From contig CAWGYD010000008.1 of NCBI GenBank assembly GCA_963826785.1, forward strand, positions 416,001 through 480,000: a stretch of 64,000 bases of DNA, read 5' to 3'. Under the pieces are notes generated by a model, which was given only the letters and a program-made list of their open reading frames with translations, made no database searches and was not told the origin of the DNA. Position numbers and translations under genes: made by a program. Below are positions 54,215-64,000 of the stretch, one piece after another (positions within the stretch are counted from its first letter, which is position 1; each line of letters begins with the position of its first letter). This DNA is from an uncultured delta proteobacterium. GTDB lineage: Bacteria; Desulfobacterota; Desulfobacteria; Desulfobacterales; Desulfosalsimonadaceae.

Positions 54215-54819
54215 GGTGCTCCCTTGACGTAAGAATTGGAATCAGCCGCCAATATCCGGTTACAGGCGAAAATCAGTTCATTATACAGTGTGCCGGCATC
54301 ATAGAGTCCGTAGGTATTCAACCGCAGCAGACCATCCACCATGGAAAAAATGATCATGGCCATCTTTCTGGCCGGCATGTCCAATATTGATCCGTCTTTC
54401 TGGCCCAACTCGATGGCCTGTTCAAACACATCCACCAGGCAGTCGTAGATGGCTTCCATATCCTCCCGGCACTCTTCCCGGGTCAGCGCCAGTTGATAGG
54501 CATCGTGCCGGTGAAGCAGCAGAAACTGCTCTTCCATGGAATCGGCCAGCTGCAGATAGAACGTGATCAGGTCCCCGGCCATTTTGAGACCGTTTTCAAA
54601 TTCCCGGTCCCGGGTATATTTTTTCAGTTCAGATACGATGCTGTCCTTGAAAGCCTTGAGGATGGACAGAAACAGGCCTTCCTTGCTCTTGAAATGATAG
54701 ATGACGGTACCCTCGGCCGCACCCGTCATGTTCGCAATCTCCGACAGACGGGTTTCATTGAATCCCTTGGTCGAAAACAGCCGGGCAGCCGCATCCATGA
54801 TGGCTTCTTTTTTGCTCAC
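54211..54819 (-). CDS. TetR family regulator
   Basis: KKEAIMDAAARLFSTKGF..T....IA...G.AEGTVIYHFKSKE. Confidence 0.93.
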   Translation of the reverse strand: MSKKEAIMDAAARLFSTKGFNETRLSEIANMTGAAEGTVIYHFKSKEGLFLSILKAFKDSIVSELKKYTRDREFENGLKMAGDLITFYLQLADSMEEQFLLLHRHDAYQLALTREECREDMEAIYDCLVDVFEQAIELGQKDGSILDMPARKMAMIIFSMVDGLLRLNTYGLYDAGTLYNELIFACNRILAADSNSYVKGAP

Positions 54820-54840
54820 GACGGGTGATCCCCCAGATAT

Positions 54841-54858
54841 TGACTGAGCACTCAGTCA
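54841..54858. promoter_or_regulatory. TetR operator candidate
   Basis: TGACTGAG-CA-CTCAGTCA palindrome about 20 bp upstream of the tetR start. Confidence 0.75.
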
Positions 54859-55197
54859 GTTTTTGCTAAAACTAAAAACTACCGTTATTATTCAATCAAA
54901 GTCAAGCGGAAAAATATGTCCGTTTTTGCAACACTTGTGGATCTATTTGTAATTCAAGGCATTTTTTTCTGCAAAAAATCATGCCGATGCGGGCCGGCAG
55001 GGGAATCGAAGAAAGGGAGGCGGGAAAAGCACCACACCGTGTTGGCAAGGTGACAATATGTGTTTACAAAGCCTAAAATTCACATTAAAAGTGTCCATCC
55101 GGAACGTCCGGACAATTTTTCCCGGCCGGGGGTGGATACAGGCATTGCAGGAAGCCGCCCACCCGGAAGAATGAAAACTGCGTTGAACAGGCTTGCC

Positions 55198-56163
55198 ATG
55201 CTTCCCTATTTGTTGCTGATAATCGGATTTATCCTGCTGATCAAGGGGGCGGACCTGCTGGTGGAAGGCGCATCCGCCATCGCCCGGCGCATGAACATAT
55301 CCGATCTGGTCATCGGCCTTACCGTGGTGGCGTTCGGCACGTCCATGCCGGAGCTGTTCGTCAACCTGTTTGCCAGCGTGAGCGGCAGTTCCGGAATCGC
55401 CATCGGCAATGTGCTGGGGAGCAACATTGCCAACATCCTGCTCATCCTGGGTGTATCCGCGATGATCTCACCCCTCCGGGTGTCGGGCGGCACCGTGTAC
55501 AAGGAAATCCCCTTCAGCCTGCTGGCCGCGCTGGTGCTGGGCATCATCGCAAATGATCAGATCATCGACCATCGTCATTTTTCCGAGATTTCACGCACCG
55601 ACGGCATGGTCCTGCTCTGCTTTTTTCTCATCTTCATCTATTATTCCGCCAGCATCGCCCATAAAGTCAACGGGATGGAAACCTACGCCGGCACAACCGA
55701 AAATGGAAAAGGGGTGTGGCATTCCGGCGTGCGGGTGGCAGCGGGACTGGTGGGGCTGGGCTTAGGCGGCCAGTGGATCGTGGGGGGCGCCGTCCACATG
55801 GCCCGGGCGCTGGGGATGAGTGAAGCCCTGGTCGGGCTGACCATCGTTTCGGTGGGGACGTCCCTTCCGGAACTGGCGACTTCGGCCGTGGCGGCCTACA
55901 AAAAAAATGCGGATATCGCCGTGGGGAACATCGTCGGCTCCAACATCTTCAATATCTTTTTCGTGTTGGGCATCAGCGCATGCATCCGGCCCCTGCCTTT
56001 CCAGAAGATCAGCAACATGGATATCGCGGCGGTGATCATCGCCAGCCTCATCCTGTTTTCGGCCATGTTCACCGGGAGGCGGCACGCCCTCGACCGGTGG
56101 GAAGGCGCCACCCTGGTGGCGCTCTACCTGGTATATATCGTCTACCTGGTGATGCGGGGCTGA
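55198..56163 (+). CDS. Calcium/sodium antiporter (YrbG family)
   Basis: Two alpha repeats: GTSMPE..GNVLGSN and GTSLPE..GNIVGSN. Confidence 0.93.
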   Translation: MLPYLLLIIGFILLIKGADLLVEGASAIARRMNISDLVIGLTVVAFGTSMPELFVNLFASVSGSSGIAIGNVLGSNIANILLILGVSAMISPLRVSGGTVYKEIPFSLLAALVLGIIANDQIIDHRHFSEISRTDGMVLLCFFLIFIYYSASIAHKVNGMETYAGTTENGKGVWHSGVRVAAGLVGLGLGGQWIVGGAVHMARALGMSEALVGLTIVSVGTSLPELATSAVAAYKKNADIAVGNIVGSNIFNIFFVLGISACIRPLPFQKISNMDIAAVIIASLILFSAMFTGRRHALDRWEGATLVALYLVYIVYLVMRG

Positions 56164-56421
56164 TTAAAGGAGGCAGTATCGCTTCACGACAATCATCTTC
56201 TGACTGCTTTTCGTTTCAACCAGAATACCCGTGACCTGAACCTTCTTCTGCTTCAGGGAAATCACATCGCGCCCTTCGCTGTTGCTGCCGTCGATCAGGT
56301 ATTCCTCTTCATCATAGGTGGACAGCGCATAAGATTTGGGATTCCCCTTTTCATCCCAGTCCAGGGGAATGATCACCCCGGTCTTGGTAATGAGCTGGCC
56401 ATCGGATTCATTTTTCTTCAC
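56164..56421 (-). CDS. Small hypothetical protein (OB-fold-like)
   Basis: GVIIPLDWDEKGN...LSTYDEEEY...VQVTG; preceded by a sigma-54-like site. Confidence 0.6.
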   Translation of the reverse strand: MKKNESDGQLITKTGVIIPLDWDEKGNPKSYALSTYDEEEYLIDGSNSEGRDVISLKQKKVQVTGILVETKSSQKMIVVKRYCLL

Positions 56422-56471
56422 GGCAGGTTTCCTGTCGATTTAATTGCCTGGTAACGGGAAACCCTATTTCT

Positions 56472-56488
56472 TTCAATTTACATGCCAA
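56472..56488 (-). promoter_or_regulatory. Sigma-54-like promoter (variant -12)
   Basis: TTGGCATGTAAATTGAA: GG-N10-GA. Confidence 0.45.
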
Positions 56489-56496
56489 TAAACCGG

Positions 56497-57894
56497 CTAA
56501 TTCTTATAATCTTCTTTACGGATCCGGTATTTGACCATCAGCTTGTGCAGCTGGCGGGGGGTAATGCCGGCCGCTTCCGCGGACTGGTTGATTTTTCCAT
56601 TATGCCTGGCCATCAGACCGGCCACGTACTGCTTCTCAAAATCATGGACCACCTTTTTCCGGCCTTCCGAGAGGGATATCCCCGCATCCACCGGAATGCA
56701 GCTCACCTTTTTGCGCTCCCCGAAGAGTTCCGGGGGAAATCCGTCCGGGGTGAGCACGGATGATTTCTCCAGGATATAGGCACGCTCCATCAGGTTTTCC
56801 AACTCCCGGATGTTTCCGGGCCAGTCATATTGCTGCATGGCCTCAAGCACCTCCGGATGGACCGATTCGATCTGTTTCTGCATTTCCGCGTTCAGCCGCC
56901 GCAGAAACAAGCCGATCAGGAGATCCATGTCCTCGGTGCGCTCCCTCAGGGGAGGAATGACAATGGTGAATACATTCAGCCGGTAATAGAGGTCCTTGCG
57001 GAACAGCCCTTCCTCGCTCATTTTTTTCAGGTCGGAATTGGTGGCGACGATGACCCGGGCATCGGTCTGCAGCGCATCCTCCCCACCGATCCTCGAAAAG
57101 GTGCCGTCCTGGAGCACCTGAAGGAACTTGATCTGGGCGGAAGGCGTGATGGTCCCGATCTCATCCAGAAAGATGGTCCCCTTGTTGGCGATTTCAAACT
57201 TGCCGAGCTTGCGGCTGACCGCACCGGTAAAAGCCCCTTTTTCATGGCCGAACAGTTCGCTCTCCAGAAGGGTATCGGGAATCGCGCCGCAATGGACGCT
57301 GATGAAGCGGCCGTTTTCCCGGTTGCTGTGGCGGTGAATCAGGTTGGCCAGCACCCCTTTTCCCGTCCCGGTTTCACCATAGAGCAGCACGTTGGTGCGG
57401 GTGGGCGCAACCGTCCGGATCATTTCATACACCTGCTGCATGGTGGGATTCAAGGTCGTGACCAGTTCCTGGGCGTCGGCATGCCAGAATTTTCCCCGAA
57501 GGTACGTGATTTCAGACCGGACGATGGCCTGTTCCCGGATCCACTCGGCCGCAAGCTTGATCTCGTCTTCCTCGAGGGGATAGGTGATATAATTGCTGGC
57601 ACCGGCCTTGATGGCGGAAACGGCGGTCCGGACGTTTTTCTTGGAGACCATGACCACGATTTCAAGGGCCGGGTACTGGGCCTTGAATCCCTGGATCACC
57701 TCCCGGTAATGCGCGCTGCCGGCGCACAAACCCTGGTCATCGACGTCCACGAAGATCAAATCCGGTCTTTTCCGGGACAGCATGACCTTGGCTGCATTGA
57801 AGTTTTCGGCATGCCAGACGGACCGCCGGGTGAACGCCATCTGAAATTGCTCGACGGCAGGCGCATGACCGGTGACCACCAGAATATGCTTCAT
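56497..57894 (-). CDS. Sigma-54-dependent activator (NtrC family, atypical receiver)
   Basis: [37 protein letters not shown]-terminal Fis-type HTH. Confidence 0.93.
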   Translation of the reverse strand: MKHILVVTGHAPAVEQFQMAFTRRSVWHAENFNAAKVMLSRKRPDLIFVDVDDQGLCAGSAHYREVIQGFKAQYPALEIVVMVSKKNVRTAVSAIKAGASNYITYPLEEDEIKLAAEWIREQAIVRSEITYLRGKFWHADAQELVTTLNPTMQQVYEMIRTVAPTRTNVLLYGETGTGKGVLANLIHRHSNRENGRFISVHCGAIPDTLLESELFGHEKGAFTGAVSRKLGKFEIANKGTIFLDEIGTITPSAQIKFLQVLQDGTFSRIGGEDALQTDARVIVATNSDLKKMSEEGLFRKDLYYRLNVFTIVIPPLRERTEDMDLLIGLFLRRLNAEMQKQIESVHPEVLEAMQQYDWPGNIRELENLMERAYILEKSSVLTPDGFPPELFGERKKVSCIPVDAGISLSEGRKKVVHDFEKQYVAGLMARHNGKINQSAEAAGITPRQLHKLMVKYRIRKEDYKN

Positions 57895-58436
57895 TATCTG
57901 TTCATCCTTTCGCAAACCCCGAACTCCGGCAACCCGCCTCCAAGGTGCGGGCCGGTGCCTTAATCCGCAAATCAGCGGATGCTTCTTATCAGAACTTAAA
58001 ATTCCGCTTCAGCAGGCAAGTGAATCCATAGTTCCGCTTCCGTTTATGCCCGACGCATATTGGCATGCATGGTCCCGCGCCTGCAATAAAAAATTAATGG
58101 ATGCACAAAATCGGGGGGATGCGGATCTTTATTTACAATTTTCAAAGCGGGTGACAAAATAGACCAGATAAATTCACTTGATATGAAACCCGGACCATTG
58201 TAATGAACCTGCAAGAGGACGCATCATCTGCCCAGTTAGAAGCGGAACCTGCATTTCCGATTGCTGCCCCGGCACCTCATCCCGCCGCTATTGAATTGGA
58301 ATCGTTGGCATCTGTTTTGCATCATCTCCCGTATCATAGAGCATCTGAAGCGCACGGCCGGGCCAATACCACCCGGATCGGGTCGAGGGGATGCCGATAA
58401 CCGCCCGAACTTCAAAACCACAATGCTAACAGCATC

Positions 58437-61400
58437 ATGAAAATCATCCGACTCCAATGTTTTTCTAAAATTTACAGAGATTCTAGATTATGCCCGCAGG
58501 AGGGCAAACTCATCCTTTTTCTGCTGCTCACGATGACCCTGCTAATCGGCATTGCCCTGGCGGCCTGGGAGATCCGGACATCGAGCATCCAGGCGCGTTT
58601 GTTTTCAAAGGCCGCCCGGACCCAGACTTATCACCTGCAGCCGGGAAAAACGGATATGATCCGGTATCCCCAAAGCGGTCCTTATGATATCCGCATGGGG
58701 TACGTCCGGATCCCCCAATGGCTGGATCGATTGGAGGGGAAGGGATTTGAAATCAAGGCCCAGGCCCGGTGGTCCCCGGAATTGCTGAAAACCTTCGACT
58801 GGGGATTTTTCCCCGTCTACCGTGAAAAAAACCAGGCGGGCATCGTCATCTCAGACCGCCTGAACCGGGACGTGCTGCGTACGGCCTTTCCGGGTCGGAT
58901 CTATCCTGATTTCAAATCCATTCCCCCGGTGCTGGTGAAGATGCTGCTGTTCATCGAAAACCGGCACCTCTTAAATCCGTCCGCACCCAACCAGAATCCC
59001 GCGGTGGAATGGGAACGGCTGGCCAAGGCGATAGCGGATGCGGCCATTCAGAAGGTGGATTCCAATCACGATGTGGCCGGCGGAAGCACCCTGGCCACCC
59101 AGATTGAAAAGTTCAGGCATTCACCGGAGGGGATCACCTCGAGCGCTTCGGAAAAGCTGCGGCAGATCGTTTCCGCCTCCCTGCGGGCCTATCGGGATGG
59201 TGAAGAAACAGGAGAGGCCCGGAGGCGGATCGCGGTGGATTACATCAACTCCATCCCCCTGGCGGCAATCCCCGGGTATGGAGAAGTCAACGGCCTGGGT
59301 GACGGCCTCTGGGCCTGGTATGCCATGGATTTTGAAAACACCAACCGGCTGCTGATGGACTCCGAGCGCCCGGATCTGGATGGCGCCGGGCTTGATGAAG
59401 CGGGAGCGGCGGTCCGGGCCGCCCTGAGCCTTTTTCTGTCCCAGCGCCGCCCTTCCGCCTACCTGATCACCCACCGCGAATCCCTGCAGAAATTAACGGA
59501 CACCTATTTGCGGCTCCTGGTGGATGAAGGGATCATTTCAAAATCCATTTATCAGGCGGCATTGAAAGCACGGCCCGCCCTGCAGAAATCGACGTCTTTG
59601 TCCTACGCACTCGACCCGGCCAGCCGAAAGGCGGCCAACCTGATCCGTTCCAGGCTGATGTCAACCCTGGGGGTCGATCGGCTCTATGATCTGGATCGAA
59701 TCGATCTCACCGTAAAAACCACCCTGGACATGGACCTTCAGGAAAAAGTCACCCAGCGGCTGATGGGACTGAAAGACCCCGCAGCGGTGAAGCAGGCCGG
59801 GCTGGTCCGGCCGCATCTCCTGGATCAGGGAGACCCGGCCAAAGTGGTGTACAGCTTCAGCCTGTATGAGAGCACCCCTGCCGGAAACCTGCTGCGGGTG
59901 CAGACCAACAATTACGACGGCCCGTTCAATATCGACGAGCAGACCAAGCTGGACCTGGGCTCCTCGGCCAAGCTGCGCACCCTGGTGCATTATCTTGAAA
60001 TCATGACCCAGTTGTATCATCAGTACGGCGACCTGCCGAAAATCGAACTCAAAGTGCTGGCGGTGGACAAGACCATCGACCCGCTCACCCGATGGGCCGC
60101 CGAATACCTGCTGACCACCTCTTCACCGGATCTTTCCGGGATGCTGGATGCCGCCATGACCCGGCTTTATTCCGCAAGCCCCTATGAACAGTTTTTCACC
60201 GGCGGCGGACTCCATACATTTGCCAATTTCCGAAAGGAAGACAACCGCCGGATCATGACCGTCCGGGAGGCATTCCGGCATTCCATCAACCTCGTTTTCA
60301 TCCGCATGATGCGCGATATCAGCTACTATCATGTTTACCAGCGCTACGGGGTCACCCCCCGCTACCTGGAAAAACTGGATGAATTAGAGAAAAAACGGCT
60401 CCTTACGGTGTTTGCCGACCGGGAGGGGAGCGTTTTCATCCGCCGTTTCTGGCAGAAATACCGCCGGAAAAACCCGGTGGAAGCAGCGGAGTTGCTCTAT
60501 GCCGGAATTACCCCCACCCCGGCCAAGCTGACCGCGGCATTCCGGTTTATCCGGCCGGAAGCCCCCATAGCGGTGTTTTCCGAATTCATCAAGGGACATT
60601 TGCCCGGTTCAAAGTTCACGGACAATTTTATAGAAGAGCTGTATGACGATTACAGTCCCGGCCGCTTCACCCTGGCAGACATCGGCTATGTCGCCCACGT
60701 TCACCCGCTGGAACTCTGGGTGGTGCGGTACCTGCAGCAGCATCCGGAAACCTCGATTTCCCAAATCGTGGCCGAAAGCGCCGAGGAGCGGCAGATGGTG
60801 TATCAGTGGCTGTTCAAAACCCGGAGCAGCCGGAAGCAGTTCCAGCGGATCCGCACCATCATCGAACTCGAAGCGTTCCAGGACGTTCATCTGGCCTGGA
60901 AGCGGATGGGATACCCGTTTGATTATCTGGTGCCGTCTTACGCCACGTCCATCGGCTCATCGGGGGATCGCCCGGGCGCATTGGCCGAACTGATCGGAAT
61001 CATTCAAAACGATGGGATGCGCTATCCCGCCGTCCGTTTCCAGGCGCTTCATTTCGCCAAAAACACCCCCTATGAGACCCTGCTGACCCTGGTGCCGGCC
61101 GAGGGCGAACGGGTCATGGCCCCCGAAGTGGCCCGCACGGTAAAGCAGGCGCTGCTCGACGTGGTCAACGAAGGCACTGCCAGGAGTCTTTTCAATTCCG
61201 TCACGTACACGGACGGCACCTATCTGATCCTGGGAGGGAAGACTGGAACCGGGGACCATCGGTACAAGACATTCGGCACGGGCGGGAAGATGCTCACCTC
61301 CCAGGTCATGAACCGGGCCGCCACATTTGTTTTTCTCATCGGGGACCGCTATTTCGGCACCATCAGCGCCTATGTCGCGGGCGGGGATGCGGCGAATTAT

Positions 61401-61535
61401 TCATTTTCCAGCAGCCTGCCGGTCAATGTCCTGAAAATGATTCTGCCGGAAATGGTGCCCTTACTGGAGCACAAGGATCCCACCGTCTACGCGAATCTTC
61501 CGGAAACGGGCGCAGAACGGGCCGGGGCGATGTAA
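58437..61535 (+). CDS. Bifunctional transglycosylase/penicillin-binding protein
   Basis: FIENR, GGSTLATQIEK; SSAK, SIN, KTG motifs. Confidence 0.85.
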   Translation: MKIIRLQCFSKIYRDSRLCPQEGKLILFLLLTMTLLIGIALAAWEIRTSSIQARLFSKAARTQTYHLQPGKTDMIRYPQSGPYDIRMGYVRIPQWLDRLEGKGFEIKAQARWSPELLKTFDWGFFPVYREKNQAGIVISDRLNRDVLRTAFPGRIYPDFKSIPPVLVKMLLFIENRHLLNPSAPNQNPAVEWERLAKAIADAAIQKVDSNHDVAGGSTLATQIEKFRHSPEGITSSASEKLRQIVSASLRAYRDGEETGEARRRIAVDYINSIPLAAIPGYGEVNGLGDGLWAWYAMDFENTNRLLMDSERPDLDGAGLDEAGAAVRAALSLFLSQRRPSAYLITHRESLQKLTDTYLRLLVDEGIISKSIYQAALKARPALQKSTSLSYALDPASRKAANLIRSRLMSTLGVDRLYDLDRIDLTVKTTLDMDLQEKVTQRLMGLKDPAAVKQAGLVRPHLLDQGDPAKVVYSFSLYESTPAGNLLRVQTNNYDGPFNIDEQTKLDLGSSAKLRTLVHYLEIMTQLYHQYGDLPKIELKVLAVDKTIDPLTRWAAEYLLTTSSPDLSGMLDAAMTRLYSASPYEQFFTGGGLHTFANFRKEDNRRIMTVREAFRHSINLVFIRMMRDISYYHVYQRYGVTPRYLEKLDELEKKRLLTVFADREGSVFIRRFWQKYRRKNPVEAAELLYAGITPTPAKLTAAFRFIRPEAPIAVFSEFIKGHLPGSKFTDNFIEELYDDYSPGRFTLADIGYVAHVHPLELWVVRYLQQHPETSISQIVAESAEERQMVYQWLFKTRSSRKQFQRIRTIIELEAFQDVHLAWKRMGYPFDYLVPSYATSIGSSGDRPGALAELIGIIQNDGMRYPAVRFQALHFAKNTPYETLLTLVPAEGERVMAPEVARTVKQALLDVVNEGTARSLFNSVTYTDGTYLILGGKTGTGDHRYKTFGTGGKMLTSQVMNRAATFVFLIGDRYFGTISAYVAGGDAANYSFSSSLPVNVLKMILPEMVPLLEHKDPTVYANLPETGAERAGAM

Positions 61536-61536
61536 T

Positions 61537-61581
61537 AAAAAAGGGGGGCAACAGGACAGTTTATCCCGTTGCCCCCCTTTT
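61537..61581. terminator. Bidirectional rho-independent terminator
   Basis: AAAAAAGGGGGGCAAC...GTTGCCCCCCTTTT between convergent genes. Confidence 0.85.
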
Positions 61582-61597
61582 GGTTGAAAAAGCGAAC

Positions 61598-61906
61598 TTA
61601 CTTCTTCATGCCCTTCATGAAAATGGCTTCTGCCTTGGCGGCAGCCGCTTCGGCGCGGTCGGCAGCCTGCTGTGCGGCGCGGGCGGCGCGGTCGTTTTTA
61701 CCGCAGCAATCCTTGACCGCGGCCTGGGCTTCATCAGCGGCGGCGCGGGCGGCCTGGGCGGCGGCCATGGCGTCATCCGCCTTCTGGCTGGTTTCATCCA
61801 GCTGGGCCTGCATCTTTTTGGTCTGCGAACAGGTCGCGCATCCGGTGCCCAGCATCGCCACCGTCATCATCAGAACACAAAGCATTGCAATTACTCTTTT
61901 TTTCAT
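61598..61906 (-). CDS. Lpp/OprI-like alanine-zipper lipoprotein
   Basis: Lipobox LGTG-C, Ala-rich heptads, C-terminal Lys. Confidence 0.85.
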   Translation of the reverse strand: MKKRVIAMLCVLMMTVAMLGTGCATCSQTKKMQAQLDETSQKADDAMAAAQAARAAADEAQAAVKDCCGKNDRAARAAQQAADRAEAAAAKAEAIFMKGMKK

Positions 61907-61979
61907 TGTCTTTTCCTTCCGTTTAAAGTGATGTTGATGTTTTTGTTCTATGGTTGAGAAATTGAATTACTCCTGATTT

Positions 61980-62927
61980 CTATTGCATACTGTGTTGAAT
62001 TGAAACGAAATCGACACCTCCTTTCGCAATTTCTCCAACAACTGTCGGAATTCCGCTTTGCGTAAACAGACATTGTTTGACTTTTTCCCGATCGATTGCC
62101 CCCCCCAGCCCCCGCTGTTGAATCAGCGCTTCCGCATGCGCCGCCATGTCGGGAATCCGGGCGTAAATATCCGGATGCGCCTCCATGTAGACTAGGCCAT
62201 TCTGAATACCGATCTTAACCGGCTCATAAACGATTTCCACCACCGCCCCGGGGGAGACCTCCCCGAAAAGCTGGGAAATATGTTCCGGGTACAGCCGGAT
62301 GCATCCCCGGCTCACCTGACGGCCGACGCCCCACGGATTATTGGTGCCGTGAATGCCGATATGGTCTGCGGACAAACCGATCCAGTAATCCCCCAGTGGA
62401 TTTTTCGGGCCCGGCGGGAACGGGGTTTTGCCGTACGCGTCCCATGCGGATGGCGGCGGGGTCCAGGTGGGATGCTCCTGGCATGATACGATCCGGGCGA
62501 TGGTGGTGGGGGTTTCAAATGCCTCCCGGCCGATGCCGATGGGATATGTCTTGACCATATGGATCGATTTAAAAAACCGGTACAGCCGCATCTCTGGGAT
62601 GTTGATGACCACTTCTTCATGCTGGGTCGGCGGCAGGAGCCATAAAGTGGGGACTGCCACCCGTCGGCCCACCCCCGGGACCCATGGGTCGATATCCGGG
62701 TGGCTCAACTCGATTTCATTGTATCCCAACCCGAAATTACGGGCCACGTCCAGCAAGGTTTCCCCTTCGGCAACTTCATGAAACTGCATGAACCCGATGA
62801 GGTTGATCGATTCGGCCGGATGATGGCCATCGCCGTCAAGATGGTACGGATAAGATGTTGCCATTGCCGAGGTGTGGACAAACACCAGAACCAGAACCAT
62901 CAGGACCGATTTAATGTACCTGTTCAA
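61980..62927 (-). CDS. L,D-transpeptidase with LysM-like domain (ErfK/YbiS-like)
   Basis: GETLLDVAR..LGYNEI, VINIPEMRLY, NPLG, IHGTN...SRGCIRL. Start placed downstream of the sigma-54 site; exact start uncertain. Confidence 0.9.
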   Translation of the reverse strand: MNRYIKSVLMVLVLVFVHTSAMATSYPYHLDGDGHHPAESINLIGFMQFHEVAEGETLLDVARNFGLGYNEIELSHPDIDPWVPGVGRRVAVPTLWLLPPTQHEEVVINIPEMRLYRFFKSIHMVKTYPIGIGREAFETPTTIARIVSCQEHPTWTPPPSAWDAYGKTPFPPGPKNPLGDYWIGLSADHIGIHGTNNPWGVGRQVSRGCIRLYPEHISQLFGEVSPGAVVEIVYEPVKIGIQNGLVYMEAHPDIYARIPDMAAHAEALIQQRGLGGAIDREKVKQCLFTQSGIPTVVGEIAKGGVDFVSIQHSMQ

Positions 62928-63020
62928 TGTTTCGCATATCCTTTTTCTGCCTGTTAAGTGATAAATGTGCGGGAGTATGCCTCCGGCACATCCATCCCCC
63001 AAAATTTTCTGAAAAAATAA

Positions 63021-63038
63021 TTGCAAATTAAATGCCAA
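63021..63038 (-). promoter_or_regulatory. Sigma-54 promoter
   Basis: TTGGCATTTAATTTGCAA: GG-N10-GC consensus. Confidence 0.75.
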
Positions 63039-63397
63039 TGTTTCTCCAAAACCGCGATAGCCGTTTTATGTCTTCATCCTTATCATCAAGTTTAGACATT
63101 TTCCCAGTTTTTGCCAAATGATATCATGATATTGAAATATGTGATCCGATTTTTTACAAATCGCGCCGCCCCAGCGTATTTAACCGGTCCTGTTTCTGCC
63201 GGCCTTGACATTTCAGGGCTGTTTTACTAATTTTCTATCCCTTGATCAAAAATCTTTTCGCGATCCTTCTGCAAAAGAAAAAGGATGCGCCGCCCGTTTC
63301 GAGAATCAACGGTTCGGATCGGCCATGGCACTGCTGCGAAAGACGTTGTCCTTAGCATGAATTAAAACTTTCAACAAATCAACCGATACGCTTTGAT

Positions 63398-64000
63398 ATG
63401 CAGAATGAATGGATACCCCGGCATGCCCAAAAGACGCTCGAAATTCTGATTCCCAGAATTCGGCCACCGGCCGGAGCGGATGGGGACGATAAAAACTGGG
63501 ACATATTTGAAAAACGGCTTCGCCGACAATGGCCCCACCTGTTTCAGTTGCTGGTGCGGCTCTATGGCTGGCAGTATGATTTTTTTTACCACCTGGAGCA
63601 GCTGCTGGCCGCTGCGGCAAAAAGCTGGAAAGAACGCCCGGCACATTTAAAGGCCCTCGATGAACGGCGTGAAACCGATGTTCAGTGGTTTCAGTCGGAA
63701 GAGATGGTGGGAGGCGTCCTGTATGTCGACCTGTTCAGCGACCGGCTGGCAGGCCTGCACGACCACATCCCCTATTTCAAGAAACTGGGGTTGACCTACC
63801 TTCACCTCATGCCGCTTTTTGCCGTACCCCATGGGAACAATGACGGCGGATACGCCGTCAGCGATTACCGGGCCATCAACCCGGACATCGGCACCATGGA
63901 GGAACTGACCGCCCTCGCCCGGATCCTGCACGACGAGGGGATCAGCCTGGTGCTCGATTTCGTGATGAACCACACCGCCGACAATCATCGCTGGGCCCAG
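63398..64000 (+). CDS. Amylosucrase-like GH13 enzyme, 3' truncated by window edge (missed by the ORF track)
   Basis: Own translation: ...YVDLF...IPYFKKLGLTYLHLMPLF...NDGGYAVSDYR..NPDIGTMEEL...LVLDFVMNHT. Confidence 0.88.
   Translation, partial: MQNEWIPRHAQKTLEILIPRIRPPAGADGDDKNWDIFEKRLRRQWPHLFQLLVRLYGWQYDFFYHLEQLLAAAAKSWKERPAHLKALDERRETDVQWFQSEEMVGGVLYVDLFSDRLAGLHDHIPYFKKLGLTYLHLMPLFAVPHGNNDGGYAVSDYRAINPDIGTMEELTALARILHDEGISLVLDFVMNHTADNHRWAQ

Noticed and set aside
54970..54986. Sigma-54-like site upstream of tetR (CGGCATGATTTTTTGCA, minus strand)
   Set aside because: GG-GC spacing is 11, not 10. It would fit only if the T run has an extra base, which cannot be verified here.
62928..63038. 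N-terminal extension of the L,D-transpeptidase
   Set aside because: The track start codon lies inside the sigma-54 promoter.

Overview
GC-rich bacterial chromosomal segment, probably from an anaerobic Desulfobacterota (Desulfobacterales-like) organism; this is inferred from gene content only. In order, it holds: the end of a PAS-type histidine kinase; a complete V/A-type ATPase operon (H/G-C-'I-NTD'-I-K-F-E-A-B-D); a MarR-DsrE2-TusA-NarI-like-HdrD-like sulfur-relay/redox module; rlmI; an aminopeptidase; a large polyhydroxyalkanoate island (phasin, phaE, phaC, GAF-GAF, phaJ, bdhA-like, phaR, phaZ-like, a second Cys-hydrolase, a PilZ protein) with an ADP-forming acyl-CoA synthetase nearby; otsA; an ino1/TIM-barrel/ubiG/ubiE/ubiA-like cluster; a TetR-SulP-phosphorelay operon; a sigma-54 activator; a PBP with an L,D-transpeptidase/Lpp-like pair; and the start of an amylosucrase-like gene. 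The most striking observation is the ATPase stator. The soluble N-terminal domain of subunit I occurs three times: once normally, once as a full copy nested inside that same domain, and once as a separate gene. Three genes carry a single +1 frameshift, most likely sequencing error. No rRNA, tRNA, CRISPR array, transposase or prophage was recognised. All calls come from reading motifs by eye; no searches were run.
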